This document shows positions 1 through 9,899 of a stretch of DNA of 39,057 nt, piece by piece. The notes beneath the pieces were generated by a model. It ran no database searches. It saw only the letters and a program-made list of their open reading frames with translations, and had not been told where the DNA came from. Position 1 is the first letter of the stretch; each line of letters begins with the position of its first letter. Origin of the DNA: a virus (lineage: Duplodnaviria > Caudoviricetes); the IMG/VR virus record IMGVR_UViG_3300037483_000582, positions 1-39,057 of that record; one strand, written 5' to 3'. The position numbers and the translations under genes are program-made.

Positions 1-127
1 TCAGGGTCCACCGTTTACATCATTCGGTCTTGCAGCAGCACCATTTAGATGTATTTTGACGGCTTCTCAGAGAAGCGCAGGCTTGCCGCTTGCACACGGA
101 ACGCTTGGCAATGATAGCGTTATTATA
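1..127. repeat. Terminal direct repeat, copy 1 (circular assembly overlap)
   Basis: 1-127 is identical to 38931-39057; an ORF reads in frame across the join. Confidence 0.97.
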
Positions 128-180
128 TCGGGACAACGGGCAACAAGTTTTAACTACTTAATTATAGGACCGGCGGACTA

Positions 181-747
181 ATGGCATATATATCTACGGT
201 ACCCCTTCCGGGTCAACGAATACGTGATACGCAATCACCTATAAATAACAATTTCATTGATATACCAACACTTATACAGATCAACCATGTTGGCTTCGAC
301 TCACCCGATGCGGGCAAGCACAAATTTATTACATTTGTAGATAACCCTGCACCCCTTGCTGTTGCCGGCAATGAACTTGGTTTGTGGAATGAATCATATG
401 TAACAAGCAGCAGACAAGAATTATTTCTAAAGCGACCAATTGGCGCCGATGTACCAATAACCGGCGCATTACTGCAGGCAAACAACGGTTTTTCATGGTT
501 ACCGTCAGGGCTCTTGAAAAAATGGGGAACTGCTACCCTTGATGGAGCCGGAGCGTTTCCTATTAATTGGTCATTTGCGCCGGCGTTTGTTGGTACACCA
601 TTTATATTGATGCTTACGTATGCTACTAACGCGATTGTGCCAACATCGGCAGTACGGTATAACGGTGCATTTACCGCTACGGGAACGACAGTAAACGGTA
701 CTATCGGTATGGCATTTGATTGGCTTGTAATTGGCAAAGGAATTTAA
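181..747 (+). CDS. Virion/tail protein with fibre-type C-terminal domain (LPSGLxxxWG...W.vIG)
   Basis: Motif typical of phage tail-fibre C-termini; coupled start/stop with neighbours. Confidence 0.7.
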   Translation: MAYISTVPLPGQRIRDTQSPINNNFIDIPTLIQINHVGFDSPDAGKHKFITFVDNPAPLAVAGNELGLWNESYVTSSRQELFLKRPIGADVPITGALLQANNGFSWLPSGLLKKWGTATLDGAGAFPINWSFAPAFVGTPFILMLTYATNAIVPTSAVRYNGAFTATGTTVNGTIGMAFDWLVIGKGI

Positions 748-2910
748 ATGGCTTTTGACCGCTTTATGATTGCGCCGCTTGAAGGCGGTCTTCAAAATAA
801 CGTACGCCCGTGGCTCATACCCGACGAAGCCTACCAAGTATGCCGCAATGCCTATGTATTTAGGGGAAGAACCAGAAAGCGTGTCGGTTCTCGTTATATG
901 GGTAATACGGGAACTCAGCTCAACTCAAGATTACGTATAAATGTTGGCATTACTGATGCCGGCGGTAATACAATAGGTATCGTAGTGCCCGGAGTATTCC
1001 CGCTTACACAAATTGGGCAGATGTTCTCGATTGGCACTGAGATATTCACGGTAGTTACGCTTGTTGCACCATTTATAATGCTGAAAACGGGCAGTACGGT
1101 ATTGGCTACGTTTGATACAACAACGGGAACCGTACAGTTTACCGGTGCAACTCCGTTAACGGTCATTTATTATTATCCCGCACTGCCGGTAATGGGCTTT
1201 GCCAACTATCAGATTGGCGCAATTAATGCACAGCCGTCATTTGCCTGGGATACTAAGTTTGCCTATCAATTTACAAGCGGCGGTTGGGAGCGATTAACCG
1301 GTGGTGCTGATGTATGGACCGGTAATGATTCTCAATTCTTCTGGACTACTAACTGGATTGGCATTGATGCTAGCCAAGTACTGCTGTATGAGACTAATTT
1401 TAATATCGCTGACGGTATACGTTATTGGGATGGTCTTATATGGACACAGACTAACTTCATCTTAGACAATATTGGCACTGTTATGGATACTGCCTTAATG
1501 CTGTTTACCTTTAAGAATAGACTGGTTGCACTGCATACTATTGAGGGTGGTAATGAATTTGTTAATAGAGCCCGTTTTTCAAAAGCAGGCAACCCGCTAG
1601 CAGCAAATGCGTGGAATTCAGATATAGACGGCAATGGCGATTTCTTAGACGCACCAACAAAAGAGCCAATAATCTCGGCCCAGATACTCAAAGATCATCT
1701 TATAGTGTTCTTCGAGTCAAGCACCTGGGAACTTGTATTTACCGGCAACCAACTGGTGCCTTATTTATGGCAGCAGCTCAATATTGAACTTGGAGCCGAG
1801 TCTACATTCTCAACAGTACCTTTTGATGATCGCATAGTAACCGAAGGCAACGTCGGTATCCATGCATGTAATGGCTATAACGTGCAACGAATTGACCAGA
1901 AAATCCCTGATGAAATATTTAATATTTTAAGAGAAAATAACGGCATCAAAAGAGTATACGGTATTCGTGATTACTTTACTCAACTTGTATACTGGACATT
2001 CCCTTCAAATGATAATGGCACACGTTATCCCAATAGAGTTCTGGTATTTAACTATGTAACAGGCTCCTGGGCATTTAATGATGATAGCATTACCGCTTTT
2101 GGGTATTTCAACTCAGAATCTGCAATTACATGGGGTAATGCATTTACAACATGGGGTGAGACAACGTATACATGGGGCAGCGCAGAGCTCAGCGATCTCT
2201 ATAAAAAGATTATCTTCGGCAATCAAGAGGGTTATGTTCTCTTCCAAGAGCCGGGTGTAACACGCAATGCGGGTGCCTTACAAATAACCAATCTTACGGT
2301 ATCTGGTACTTTAATTACACTGACAATCATTGATCACAATCTGACGACCGGCGATTATATATTGCTGGAAAATATCGTTGGCGATCCGCTCATTGAAGCA
2401 TTGAACTTCTCAATATTTCAAATTGCTGAAGTTAATAAGGATCAAATATTAATAGTAGCCGGTGGCGTTACCGGTGTTTACGCCGGCGGTGGTACGGCAG
2501 CACTCGTGTCACAGGTTAATATTGTAACCAAGCAATACAATTTCTACGTCAAACAGGGCAAAAACGCACTTGTAAGCAAAGTAGACTTTATGGTCGATAA
2601 AACGAACACGGGCGAAATTACTGTTGATTACAACGTGTCTACGTCTCCGTTTTCTATGGTTAATCAGTCGCAGGCAACAAACTGTATTGTGGGCAATAAT
2701 ATACTTGAAACAAGACCATATGCTCTTGTGCCTCTTGAGCAGTCGCAAACAAGGCTATGGCATCCCGTGTACTTTCAGGCTGATGGCGAAGTTATACAGT
2801 TCAATCTTTATTGGACTGATGATCAGATTACTAATCCTGATATTTCACTGGTTGACTTCCAGCTGCATGCTTTTGTGATATATGCCCAACCAATCTCGAG
2901 GCTTCAATAA
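748..2910 (+). CDS. Tail tube/nozzle-like structural protein (beta-propeller-like), 720 aa
   Basis: Size, beta-rich composition and position after head-tail adaptor in a podovirus gene order. Confidence 0.65.
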   Translation: MAFDRFMIAPLEGGLQNNVRPWLIPDEAYQVCRNAYVFRGRTRKRVGSRYMGNTGTQLNSRLRINVGITDAGGNTIGIVVPGVFPLTQIGQMFSIGTEIFTVVTLVAPFIMLKTGSTVLATFDTTTGTVQFTGATPLTVIYYYPALPVMGFANYQIGAINAQPSFAWDTKFAYQFTSGGWERLTGGADVWTGNDSQFFWTTNWIGIDASQVLLYETNFNIADGIRYWDGLIWTQTNFILDNIGTVMDTALMLFTFKNRLVALHTIEGGNEFVNRARFSKAGNPLAANAWNSDIDGNGDFLDAPTKEPIISAQILKDHLIVFFESSTWELVFTGNQLVPYLWQQLNIELGAESTFSTVPFDDRIVTEGNVGIHACNGYNVQRIDQKIPDEIFNILRENNGIKRVYGIRDYFTQLVYWTFPSNDNGTRYPNRVLVFNYVTGSWAFNDDSITAFGYFNSESAITWGNAFTTWGETTYTWGSAELSDLYKKIIFGNQEGYVLFQEPGVTRNAGALQITNLTVSGTLITLTIIDHNLTTGDYILLENIVGDPLIEALNFSIFQIAEVNKDQILIVAGGVTGVYAGGGTAALVSQVNIVTKQYNFYVKQGKNALVSKVDFMVDKTNTGEITVDYNVSTSPFSMVNQSQATNCIVGNNILETRPYALVPLEQSQTRLWHPVYFQADGEVIQFNLYWTDDQITNPDISLVDFQLHAFVIYAQPISRLQ

Positions 2911-3452
2911 TGGCAAACGAAACAAAACTGGGTTCATTTATACCCTTAACACGACCATGGGAAGTAAACGAGATTGCCCAAGCTGATGTACAAAGTCCCC
3001 AGTTTAAGGAACTTATAGTTCGCTTGTATCAATATGTTAACCAGATAGCCATATCTGTTAATACTAAAGAAACTGCTTATTATGCTCTGACTGAATTTGT
3101 TACAGGTCAGCTTTTCTTCCCCAATCCGGCAAGCAACCAGAATGCACCACTAAACAAGCAATACAGGCAAGCATACCGTAAGACATTTTATATAACCGCA
3201 TTAGTGCCCGGTCCAAGCACTACGGTTATTCCACATGGCATTACTGTAACTTCAGAAACTACATGGACTCATATTTATGGAACTATGACGGATACGGTAA
3301 ATTTGCTTGGAATACCGCTGCCGTACTCATCATTCGTGCTCAATCAAAATATTACTTTAAGAGTAGATGCAACCAACATTTACATCGTTACGGGTATAGA
3401 TTATTCTAGTTATAATAAGATCATCGTTGTGCTTGAGTATTTGCAAAATTGA
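2910..3452 (+). CDS. Virion structural protein
   Basis: Coupled to previous gene (TAATG); C-terminal beta-rich domain ending VVLEY. Confidence 0.6.
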   Translation: MANETKLGSFIPLTRPWEVNEIAQADVQSPQFKELIVRLYQYVNQIAISVNTKETAYYALTEFVTGQLFFPNPASNQNAPLNKQYRQAYRKTFYITALVPGPSTTVIPHGITVTSETTWTHIYGTMTDTVNLLGIPLPYSSFVLNQNITLRVDATNIYIVTGIDYSSYNKIIVVLEYLQN

Positions 3453-3496
3453 CGACGACCTTTCGTAACAGTGTTTCAACGACACTTCCTTTAGGG

Positions 3497-3525
3497 GCCG
3501 TGGCTTTATCCACCACGGCTTTTTT
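3497..3525 (+). terminator. Intrinsic terminator
   Basis: GCCGTGG/CCACGGC stem followed by TTTTTT. Confidence 0.75.
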
Positions 3526-3591
3526 CTTTTACTTGTTTTTAAAAATTCATTCTTCATATAATGATCTTGTAATAAAGAATATGGAGATGAT

Positions 3592-4251
3592 ATGGCAACT
3601 ATACCAAGCGCACAACCAACATGGTCTGAGGCAATATTTGGCCGCCCTGGCCGCGTTGAGCAATTTCCCAGATTTACACCCGAGCAGCAAGGTTTGCAAT
3701 CGCAAGCAATTGGTGGAGCTCAAGGCCTCCTGGGACGCATGGGACAATTTGATTTTGCACCAATTGCCCAGCAGGCACGTGAGCGCTTTCAAACACAGAC
3801 ACTACCTGGCCTTGTAAATCAATTTGCAGGAACCGGAGGTATGGCCGGAAGCGCCTTTGCGCGTGCTCTTGGTGGTGCAGGCCGCGGCTTTGAAACTGAT
3901 TTGGCCGCATTGCAGCAAAACTATAACTTAAAGCAAGAAGATCAAATGATGCAACGCCTTCAGCAACTACTTGGTGTTGGCATGGCACCGTCATTTGAGT
4001 CTGCTTATATGAAGCCACAGCAAGGATTTGGTCCACAGTTGCTACAAGCGCTCTTGAGAATAGCACCAACACTTATTGGTACTGCGTTTGGTGGTCCGGC
4101 TGGTGGTGCAGCAGGTGCAGCCGGCGGCGAAGGTATAAGTGAACTATTAAAGAATTTATTTACCATGCAGCCAATGGGTCAAGACATGATGAACTGGCAG
4201 CAACAAATGTCTGAGCCTGACTGGATGATGAATGCTGGGAGGCAACAATAA
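3592..4251 (+). CDS. Putative ejection/internal virion protein
   Basis: GGAG SD; Gly/Ala/Gln-rich with a GGPAGGAAG segment; position. Confidence 0.6.
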   Translation: MATIPSAQPTWSEAIFGRPGRVEQFPRFTPEQQGLQSQAIGGAQGLLGRMGQFDFAPIAQQARERFQTQTLPGLVNQFAGTGGMAGSAFARALGGAGRGFETDLAALQQNYNLKQEDQMMQRLQQLLGVGMAPSFESAYMKPQQGFGPQLLQALLRIAPTLIGTAFGGPAGGAAGAAGGEGISELLKNLFTMQPMGQDMMNWQQQMSEPDWMMNAGRQQ

Positions 4252-5273
4252 TGCCTATACAACAATTTGATGAGGGGCCAGGCACCGGTGCTCTTCTTGG
4301 TGAATCACTTGGTCAAGGTTTACAGAACTTAGCCGAGATGAAATTGGGTGAGTGGCAAAGACGTAATGAGCAAGCAAAATTATCACAAGCACTTGATAAA
4401 TTTTTTCCGGGACGTGGTTCTCAATTGGCTTCATTACCGCAACCATTGCAACAACTTCTCATGAAAGAAGAAATGAGGGCTCCCGGCCGCGCTGCATTTG
4501 CTAATGCATTGAATGCAATTATGAGCGGCAAAGAAATGCCTCCTGAAAGTGCGGGAGATTTAACAACAGAAGAGCTCAATAAGCTTGCCGCACTCCAGCT
4601 ACAGAAAACATCTGGTGAAGAAACGCGAAGAATCCGTGAGGCTACTGAGCAAACGCGAAAAGAAACTGCTTTAACGCAAACACAACAACGCGAACAATCT
4701 CGTATCGATAGAACTAATAAGCCATTTGTTGATTATATTGATAGAGGCGCTCCGCTGGCTAAAAGTGCGCTTGATTTAAGTGGTGAGATACTTGATTTGA
4801 TGAAAACGGGAAAAACCGTATCAGGTGTCCGGGGTCTATTGCCTACAGTATTTCAGCCGGCAGAAGCCCAGCAAATGAAAGCAAAAATAAGTGATCTTAT
4901 AACTCTTTTGGCGGCATCAAGCGAAACCGGCAAGAATGCAAGCAAGTATAAATTGCAGCTTACAGAAGCCGGTAAAGTTGCTCTTGAACATAGACCAGAA
5001 ACACAATTTGCATTGCTTAAGGGTATTCAAGATAAATCTGGTCAGATTGTTCTTAAGGGGCTTATAAAGAATGCACTTATTGATGCGAATGATGGTCGCC
5101 AGCCAGAAAATATCAGTGCAAAAACAGATAAATTCTTTAATAAGATAGAACGTGCCCGTAAAAAAATGGCCATAGGCGATGATCTTATTGAAGATGAACT
5201 GGGAATACGTTTGCGTAATATGGGTACTTATTGGGAGCCGGTAGGTTTTGAGGAAGAAGAAGGAGCAGTCTAA
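4251..5273 (+). CDS. Putative ejection/internal virion protein (helical)
   Basis: Coupled; helical Q/E/K-rich; N-terminal LGESLGQGLQ. Confidence 0.55.
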   Translation: MPIQQFDEGPGTGALLGESLGQGLQNLAEMKLGEWQRRNEQAKLSQALDKFFPGRGSQLASLPQPLQQLLMKEEMRAPGRAAFANALNAIMSGKEMPPESAGDLTTEELNKLAALQLQKTSGEETRRIREATEQTRKETALTQTQQREQSRIDRTNKPFVDYIDRGAPLAKSALDLSGEILDLMKTGKTVSGVRGLLPTVFQPAEAQQMKAKISDLITLLAASSETGKNASKYKLQLTEAGKVALEHRPETQFALLKGIQDKSGQIVLKGLIKNALIDANDGRQPENISAKTDKFFNKIERARKKMAIGDDLIEDELGIRLRNMGTYWEPVGFEEEEGAV

Positions 5274-6490
5274 TGGCTATCAGAATCATACGAAGAAGTC
5301 CTGAGCAAAAGGCCCAAGTTCAACAACAGCAAACAATGCCACAACAACAACCACAAGATCAGGGCATATTATCACAAGTTGCTGGTTCTTTGGGAAATCT
5401 TGGCGTAAGTCTTGGTAAGGGTGTAGCTGATGTTGCTACACTTCCCGGGAGGGCTGGTGCGTTTGTAGCAGAAAAACTAGGATCACCATTTGCAAAATAT
5501 GGACCCGATGTATCGGGTGCAATAAAAGAAACAGAAGAAAAAATTAGAGGTGGCTTGCCTAAGCCTATTGGTTTTACCGGTGAAGAGTATCTTAATAAAG
5601 CAATTGAGAAACTGCCAGCATTTTATACGCCCGGAGGAGGCCTTAAAAATGCTGTAGGTAGAATACTTGGCAGCGATATTGGCAAAGGTCTTGCCGGATG
5701 GATGGGCGCCGGAGAAGTAGGTAAATTTTTTGGTAGTGCTATTGGTGGCCTCACTGCCTCAGGATTGTTATCCCATAAAGATCTAAAAGTACTTGAAAGC
5801 AAGAACTATAAAGAGTTCCTTAATTCAATACCTGAAGGCGCTAAGACTACACTTTCTAATGGTAAAGAAGTTTACAATAAGATTATGAAGGGTACATACA
5901 AAGACTTTAAAGGTCAAAGTCTGTTGCCTGATGTTAATAAATGGTTAAAAGATCATGGTTCAGATGTATTTGATAAGATTCTAAAGCCGAAGAATATGGG
6001 TATTGAAACAGCATTTAGAGATGGTTCACAACGGATGAACCAATTAATACGCACAGAGATACCCAAAAGTTTTAGCAAAGAAGCAAAAGACCAATTAAAG
6101 GGTATGCTTAAAGATGTTTCATCAGCAATAAAAAGTGATATTGTTAAATCAAAAGAACAATATCCTAAACTTTTTGCCAAGGGCCTAATAGATGGTTCGA
6201 GCTTATCTTTTGCTCGCAACAACCCTAATGTAATACGTAAAGTACTTAAATTTGCTGGCGTGCCATCGCTATCTACTGGTGGTCTTTTGGGTGCAGCATA
6301 TACGGCAGCACCATCAAAGATTACGGCTACGCTTGGAGGTGCAGCACCATATGTAGCAGCAGGAGGTCTTTTGGGTAGAGGGCTTGTAGAGCCGGCTATG
6401 ATGGCCGCCCAAAGTCCTGCAGCAAGAGATTACTATAAGCAGGCGGGAACTCAAACCCTACAGGGATTGCTTGCCAGTTTAAAAGTATGA
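5273..6490 (+). CDS. Putative ejection/DNA transfer protein
   Basis: Coupled; Gly/Ala-rich hydrophobic stretches; position. Confidence 0.55.
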   Translation: MAIRIIRRSPEQKAQVQQQQTMPQQQPQDQGILSQVAGSLGNLGVSLGKGVADVATLPGRAGAFVAEKLGSPFAKYGPDVSGAIKETEEKIRGGLPKPIGFTGEEYLNKAIEKLPAFYTPGGGLKNAVGRILGSDIGKGLAGWMGAGEVGKFFGSAIGGLTASGLLSHKDLKVLESKNYKEFLNSIPEGAKTTLSNGKEVYNKIMKGTYKDFKGQSLLPDVNKWLKDHGSDVFDKILKPKNMGIETAFRDGSQRMNQLIRTEIPKSFSKEAKDQLKGMLKDVSSAIKSDIVKSKEQYPKLFAKGLIDGSSLSFARNNPNVIRKVLKFAGVPSLSTGGLLGAAYTAAPSKITATLGGAAPYVAAGGLLGRGLVEPAMMAAQSPAARDYYKQAGTQTLQGLLASLKV

Positions 6491-6565
6491 TTCTTCTTTT
6501 TTGGTCAAATACCAATAGGTATGTGCTGCCCAGATGAGTATTAATATGATTAAAATTAGTGTCAT
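6479..6565 (-). CDS. 28-aa single-TM peptide (MTLILIILILIWAAHTYWYLTKKEESYF)
   Basis: Below ORF-track cutoff; ATGA overlap with the upstream RHH gene. Confidence 0.55.
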   Translation of the reverse strand: MTLILIILILIWAAHTYWYLTKKEESYF

Positions 6566-6738
6566 GAGTTCTTCCGTAAATTAGGATCCATTTCCAATAG
6601 TAACTTGTACAAGGCTCTCATAACAAGACGCGTTACGGTAACATGTCGCCTTCTTGCTTGCGCTTGAAGACGTTCATGTAGATCAACTGAAATATCCACA
6701 GATAATCTTTTTCTACCCTTGCGGCTTTCTTTTGCCAA
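6562..6738 (-). CDS. Ribbon-helix-helix (Arc/CopG-like) regulator, 58 aa, TTG start
   Basis: Translated by hand: KRLSVDISVDLHERLQAQARRRHVTVTRLVMRAL, the RHH pattern. Confidence 0.75.
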   Translation of the reverse strand: MAKESRKGRKRLSVDISVDLHERLQAQARRRHVTVTRLVMRALYKLLLEMDPNLRKNS

Positions 6739-6766
6739 CCTTGTTCAACCTTGTCAAGTTTAATCT

Positions 6767-6795
6767 AGTATAATTGTGTACACAAACAATTGCAA
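6767..6795 (-). promoter_or_regulatory. Sigma70-like promoter for the RHH gene with a palindromic operator in the spacer
   Basis: Minus strand TTGCAA-N17-TATACT; perfect palindrome TTGTGTACACAA at 6774-6785. Confidence 0.6.
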
Positions 6796-6854
6796 ATAAA
6801 AGTTCCCTCAATTGTGATGAGACTGACAATAACATCCCAAAAGAGAGAACTTTT

Positions 6855-9254
6855 ATGGCTAATATTATACAAGGAACCGGTTCAAAGTTCCCCTATGCAA
6901 ATATATTTCCCGCACCGATACTGGCAAATGCCGATCCGGGAGCCGGAGATAATTTTTATGAGGTTGGTCAGACCTGGATAAATCAGACTGCTAATTCTGT
7001 CTGGATTCTTGCCGGTTATGACTCGGCAGGTGTACCGCAATGGACTACATCACCCGCTTCTGGTGTTGGCGTCTTTACTACAGTAACTGTATCCGGTGGT
7101 GGAGGACCTGGCACAACTACTGTAGATATTGTTGACGGTGATCTTGAAATACAAAACGGTAATATTGAACTGACCGGTGATCTTAATATTACCGGCACCA
7201 TTAATCTGACCGGCGACTTCAATATTGCTGCTACTGATATTATAGCAACAGCAACCAATCAAATTTCGCTTACGGCAAACGGCAATATTGCTGATGCGAT
7301 TGTATTAAGTGCTACTGCGGGTGGCATAGACATTGATGCCGTTGGCGCGGCCGGCGAAGATATAGACATACTTAATACCGGTGGTTCGGTAAGAATACGC
7401 GCTACTGAAAGTGCAACAGATGCCGTTGTTCTTGAATCAACTGCCGGCGGTGTACAAATTCTGGCTTCCGGTGCTGCTGCAACCGAAGACATTGTCATAA
7501 CGGCAACGGGCAGTTCGATAAGAATTACAGCTACTGAAAGTGCAACAGACTCAATAAATATACAATCTACAACGGGTGGTATTAATATTCTTGCTTCCGG
7601 TGCAGCTGCTACCGAGGATATCAATATCACGGCAACCGGTAGTTCAGTAAGAATTACAGCAACTGAAAGCGCAACAGATGCAATTAATATTGAGGCTACG
7701 CTTGGCGGTATTAATATATTGGCATCCGGTGCTGCGGCCACTGAGGACATCAATATAACGGCAACCGGTTCATCGGTTAATGTTACTGCGACAGAAGATA
7801 CGGCGCGTGCCATTTATATACGTGCAAATGCCGGAACTTCAGAAACAATTCAACTTCACTCAGACCAGGGCACTGGCGTTGGTTCGGTCAATATCCTTTC
7901 AGATGTTGGCGGGATTACGTTTACGGCGACTGCTCTTGCATCAGCAGATGCGATTAACCTTGAGGCTACGCTTGGTGGTATAGATGCTGACGCAGCCCTA
8001 CAAATTAATATTGATTCAGCACAAGCAGCCGTTGCAGATTCGATCAGAATTGTTGCTTCTGCTGCTGATGGCGGTATAGACATTGATGCCGGAACGGGTG
8101 GTATCACCATAGATTCAACCGGTGCATTCTCCATAGATGGCGCCGCTGCTTCAAACGTAACAGTAACAGGTGCAGGTATAGATCTTACGCTTGCTTCAGT
8201 GCTTGGTTCAGTACTTGTATCAAGTACCGAAGATGCTGCACTTGCAATACGCTTGCATGCCGATGGCGGTGTAGCTGAAACCATTCAAGTACATTCAGAT
8301 CAGGGCACAAGTGCAACATCTATAGATATTCTATCAGATGTTGGTGGCGTTACTCTGCGTGGTGGACTTGCTACAGGCGATGCAATTAATATTTCTTCGA
8401 CTAATGCTGCCGGTGGTATAGATATAGATGCAGGTACTGCCGGTTTTATTGTAGACTCAACGGGCGCATTCTCCATAGATGGAGCTGCTGCATCCAATGT
8501 GACTACAACAGGTGCAGGTATAGATCTTACGCTTGCTTCAGTACTTGGTTCTGTTCTTGTATCAAGCACAGAAGACGCTGCGCTTGCGATACGTTTGTAT
8601 GCCAATGGTGGCACCTCAGAAACCATTCAGCTTCATGCCGATCAGGGCACAGCAGTTAACTCAATAGATCTGCTTTCAGATGTTGGCGGTGTCACTATAA
8701 GTGGTGGCCTTGCTACAGGCGATGCAATTAATATCGTTGCATCAAACGCAGCCGGTGGTATCGATGTTGATGCGGGTACAGCCGGTATTTCCCTTGTGGC
8801 AACCGGTGGACCAATTGTAATTACTGCCGGTACCGGTACTAACGGTACGGTAACCATCTCCTCAACTGGTACAGGCGACGTTGTTCTTGATTCTGACGAT
8901 ACCATGCTTCTTGATGCAGATGGTGTGCTTGAGCTTAACTCTTCAGCCGGGGCAATAAATATCGGTAATGATGCAGATGCACAAGCAATTAATATTGGTA
9001 GTGCCGGTGTACGTCCGATACAAGTTGGTAACGCTACTGCCGGTACAACATTAACGCTGCTAGGACCTGCAAACATTGGCGTAACACTACAAAACAGTGT
9101 TCGCATAATGACTGGTGCCGGTTCGCCAAATGGTGCCGTAACGGCGCCTGCGGGTTCAATGTGGTTGAGAACTGATCCGGCTGGTGCAACATCACGTATT
9201 TATGTAAATACCGATAGCGGTACAACATGGACAAACGTTACTTGCGCTGCATAG
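6855..9254 (+). CDS. Long repetitive tail fibre/spike protein (~799 aa; likely start ATG 6855)
   Basis: G/A/T/I/D-rich beta repeats; 43-aa and 114-aa internal repeats; terminal DP..D..YEVGQTW and GSPNGAVTAPAGSMWLRTD motifs. Confidence 0.75.
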   Translation: MANIIQGTGSKFPYANIFPAPILANADPGAGDNFYEVGQTWINQTANSVWILAGYDSAGVPQWTTSPASGVGVFTTVTVSGGGGPGTTTVDIVDGDLEIQNGNIELTGDLNITGTINLTGDFNIAATDIIATATNQISLTANGNIADAIVLSATAGGIDIDAVGAAGEDIDILNTGGSVRIRATESATDAVVLESTAGGVQILASGAAATEDIVITATGSSIRITATESATDSINIQSTTGGINILASGAAATEDINITATGSSVRITATESATDAINIEATLGGINILASGAAATEDINITATGSSVNVTATEDTARAIYIRANAGTSETIQLHSDQGTGVGSVNILSDVGGITFTATALASADAINLEATLGGIDADAALQINIDSAQAAVADSIRIVASAADGGIDIDAGTGGITIDSTGAFSIDGAAASNVTVTGAGIDLTLASVLGSVLVSSTEDAALAIRLHADGGVAETIQVHSDQGTSATSIDILSDVGGVTLRGGLATGDAINISSTNAAGGIDIDAGTAGFIVDSTGAFSIDGAAASNVTTTGAGIDLTLASVLGSVLVSSTEDAALAIRLYANGGTSETIQLHADQGTAVNSIDLLSDVGGVTISGGLATGDAINIVASNAAGGIDVDAGTAGISLVATGGPIVITAGTGTNGTVTISSTGTGDVVLDSDDTMLLDADGVLELNSSAGAINIGNDADAQAINIGSAGVRPIQVGNATAGTTLTLLGPANIGVTLQNSVRIMTGAGSPNGAVTAPAGSMWLRTDPAGATSRIYVNTDSGTTWTNVTCAA
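7381..7800 (+). repeat. 129-bp (43-aa) tandem coding repeat, just over 3 copies
   Basis: Units start near 7381, 7510, 7639 and 7768 (GSSxRITATESATD...ILASGAAATEDIxITAT). Confidence 0.85.
8070..8790 (+). repeat. 342-bp (114-aa) tandem coding repeat, just over 2 copies
   Basis: GGID(I/V)DAGT recurs at 8070, 8412 and 8754. Confidence 0.85.
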
Positions 9255-9262
9255 ACAATAAC

Positions 9263-9282
9263 GGGGGGCCTTAGCCCCCCTT
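9263..9282 (+). terminator. GC hairpin after fibre gene, possible terminator
   Basis: GGGGGGC-CTTA-GCCCCCC; weak U tract. Confidence 0.5.
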
Positions 9283-9296
9283 AAACTGGAGTAATT

Positions 9297-9476
9297 ATGG
9301 CATTTAAAAATCAATTAACAGTAGAAGTAGAACGCAATGGTAAGATATTTGTCTTTCTGATGCCCTCAGAGGCAACTTATGGAGAAGCATATGATGCTGC
9401 CTTTGAAGTTCTGCAAACAGTACTTGAAAAAGCAAAAGCAGCAGCAGACTTCGTTAAGCCTAAAGCGGGTGAATAA
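9297..9476 (+). CDS. 59-aa hypothetical protein
   Basis: GGAG SD; MAFKNQLTVEVERNGKIFVFLMPSEATYGEAYDAAFEVL...; TAATG coupling to next gene. Confidence 0.75.
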   Translation: MAFKNQLTVEVERNGKIFVFLMPSEATYGEAYDAAFEVLQTVLEKAKAAADFVKPKAGE

Positions 9477-9898
9477 TGTCATATGGAGTATGTAAGGTAG
9501 CTGACGAGATACGGGTGCTTGCAGCGGCCGATGTGCTAGCCACATGGGCGCCGCTTGTTAATAGCACACCAAGCCCATCTCCGTCGCTATTCCCTTTAAG
9601 ACAACTATTTATACAGAATCTTACCGATCAGACAGTAGTATTTAATTACGCAGACTATCCAATGGTCCCGCCTGCCGGTCCGAATCCGCTTGGTGTAGAG
9701 GGTACTAATTCGTATGTACAAATGGTACTGCCTGCATTTGGGTTCTTTTTAGATGACGTTTCTACCAATAGAAACGGTCCTGAAAATGAACTGATGTGGC
9801 CCAAGAATTTGACGCTGTATTGTGCTCAATTGCCGGGTGGTGCCGCACCAACAACCGGTGCCGTATACGCGAGCTATTTTTACGCACGAGGAGACTGA
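9476..9898 (+). CDS. Virion structural protein
   Basis: Coupled ORF in the tail module; beta-rich. Confidence 0.6.
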   Translation: MSYGVCKVADEIRVLAAADVLATWAPLVNSTPSPSPSLFPLRQLFIQNLTDQTVVFNYADYPMVPPAGPNPLGVEGTNSYVQMVLPAFGFFLDDVSTNRNGPENELMWPKNLTLYCAQLPGGAAPTTGAVYASYFYARGD

Positions 9899-9899
9899 A

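Noticed and set aside
1-127. Biological direct terminal repeat
   Set aside because: Exactly 127 nt and in the middle of a gene; best explained as assembler k-mer overlap of a circular or permuted genome.
8070-8790. DGR template/variable repeat pair
   Set aside because: Both copies are in-frame coding repeats, differences are mostly synonymous and not adenine-specific, and no reverse transcriptase is present.
7016-9106. Minus-strand ORFs opposite the fibre gene, and similar shadows elsewhere (213..737, 12747..13151, 3449..3817)
   Set aside because: Antisense or off-frame shadows of real genes; no SD sites or independent motifs.
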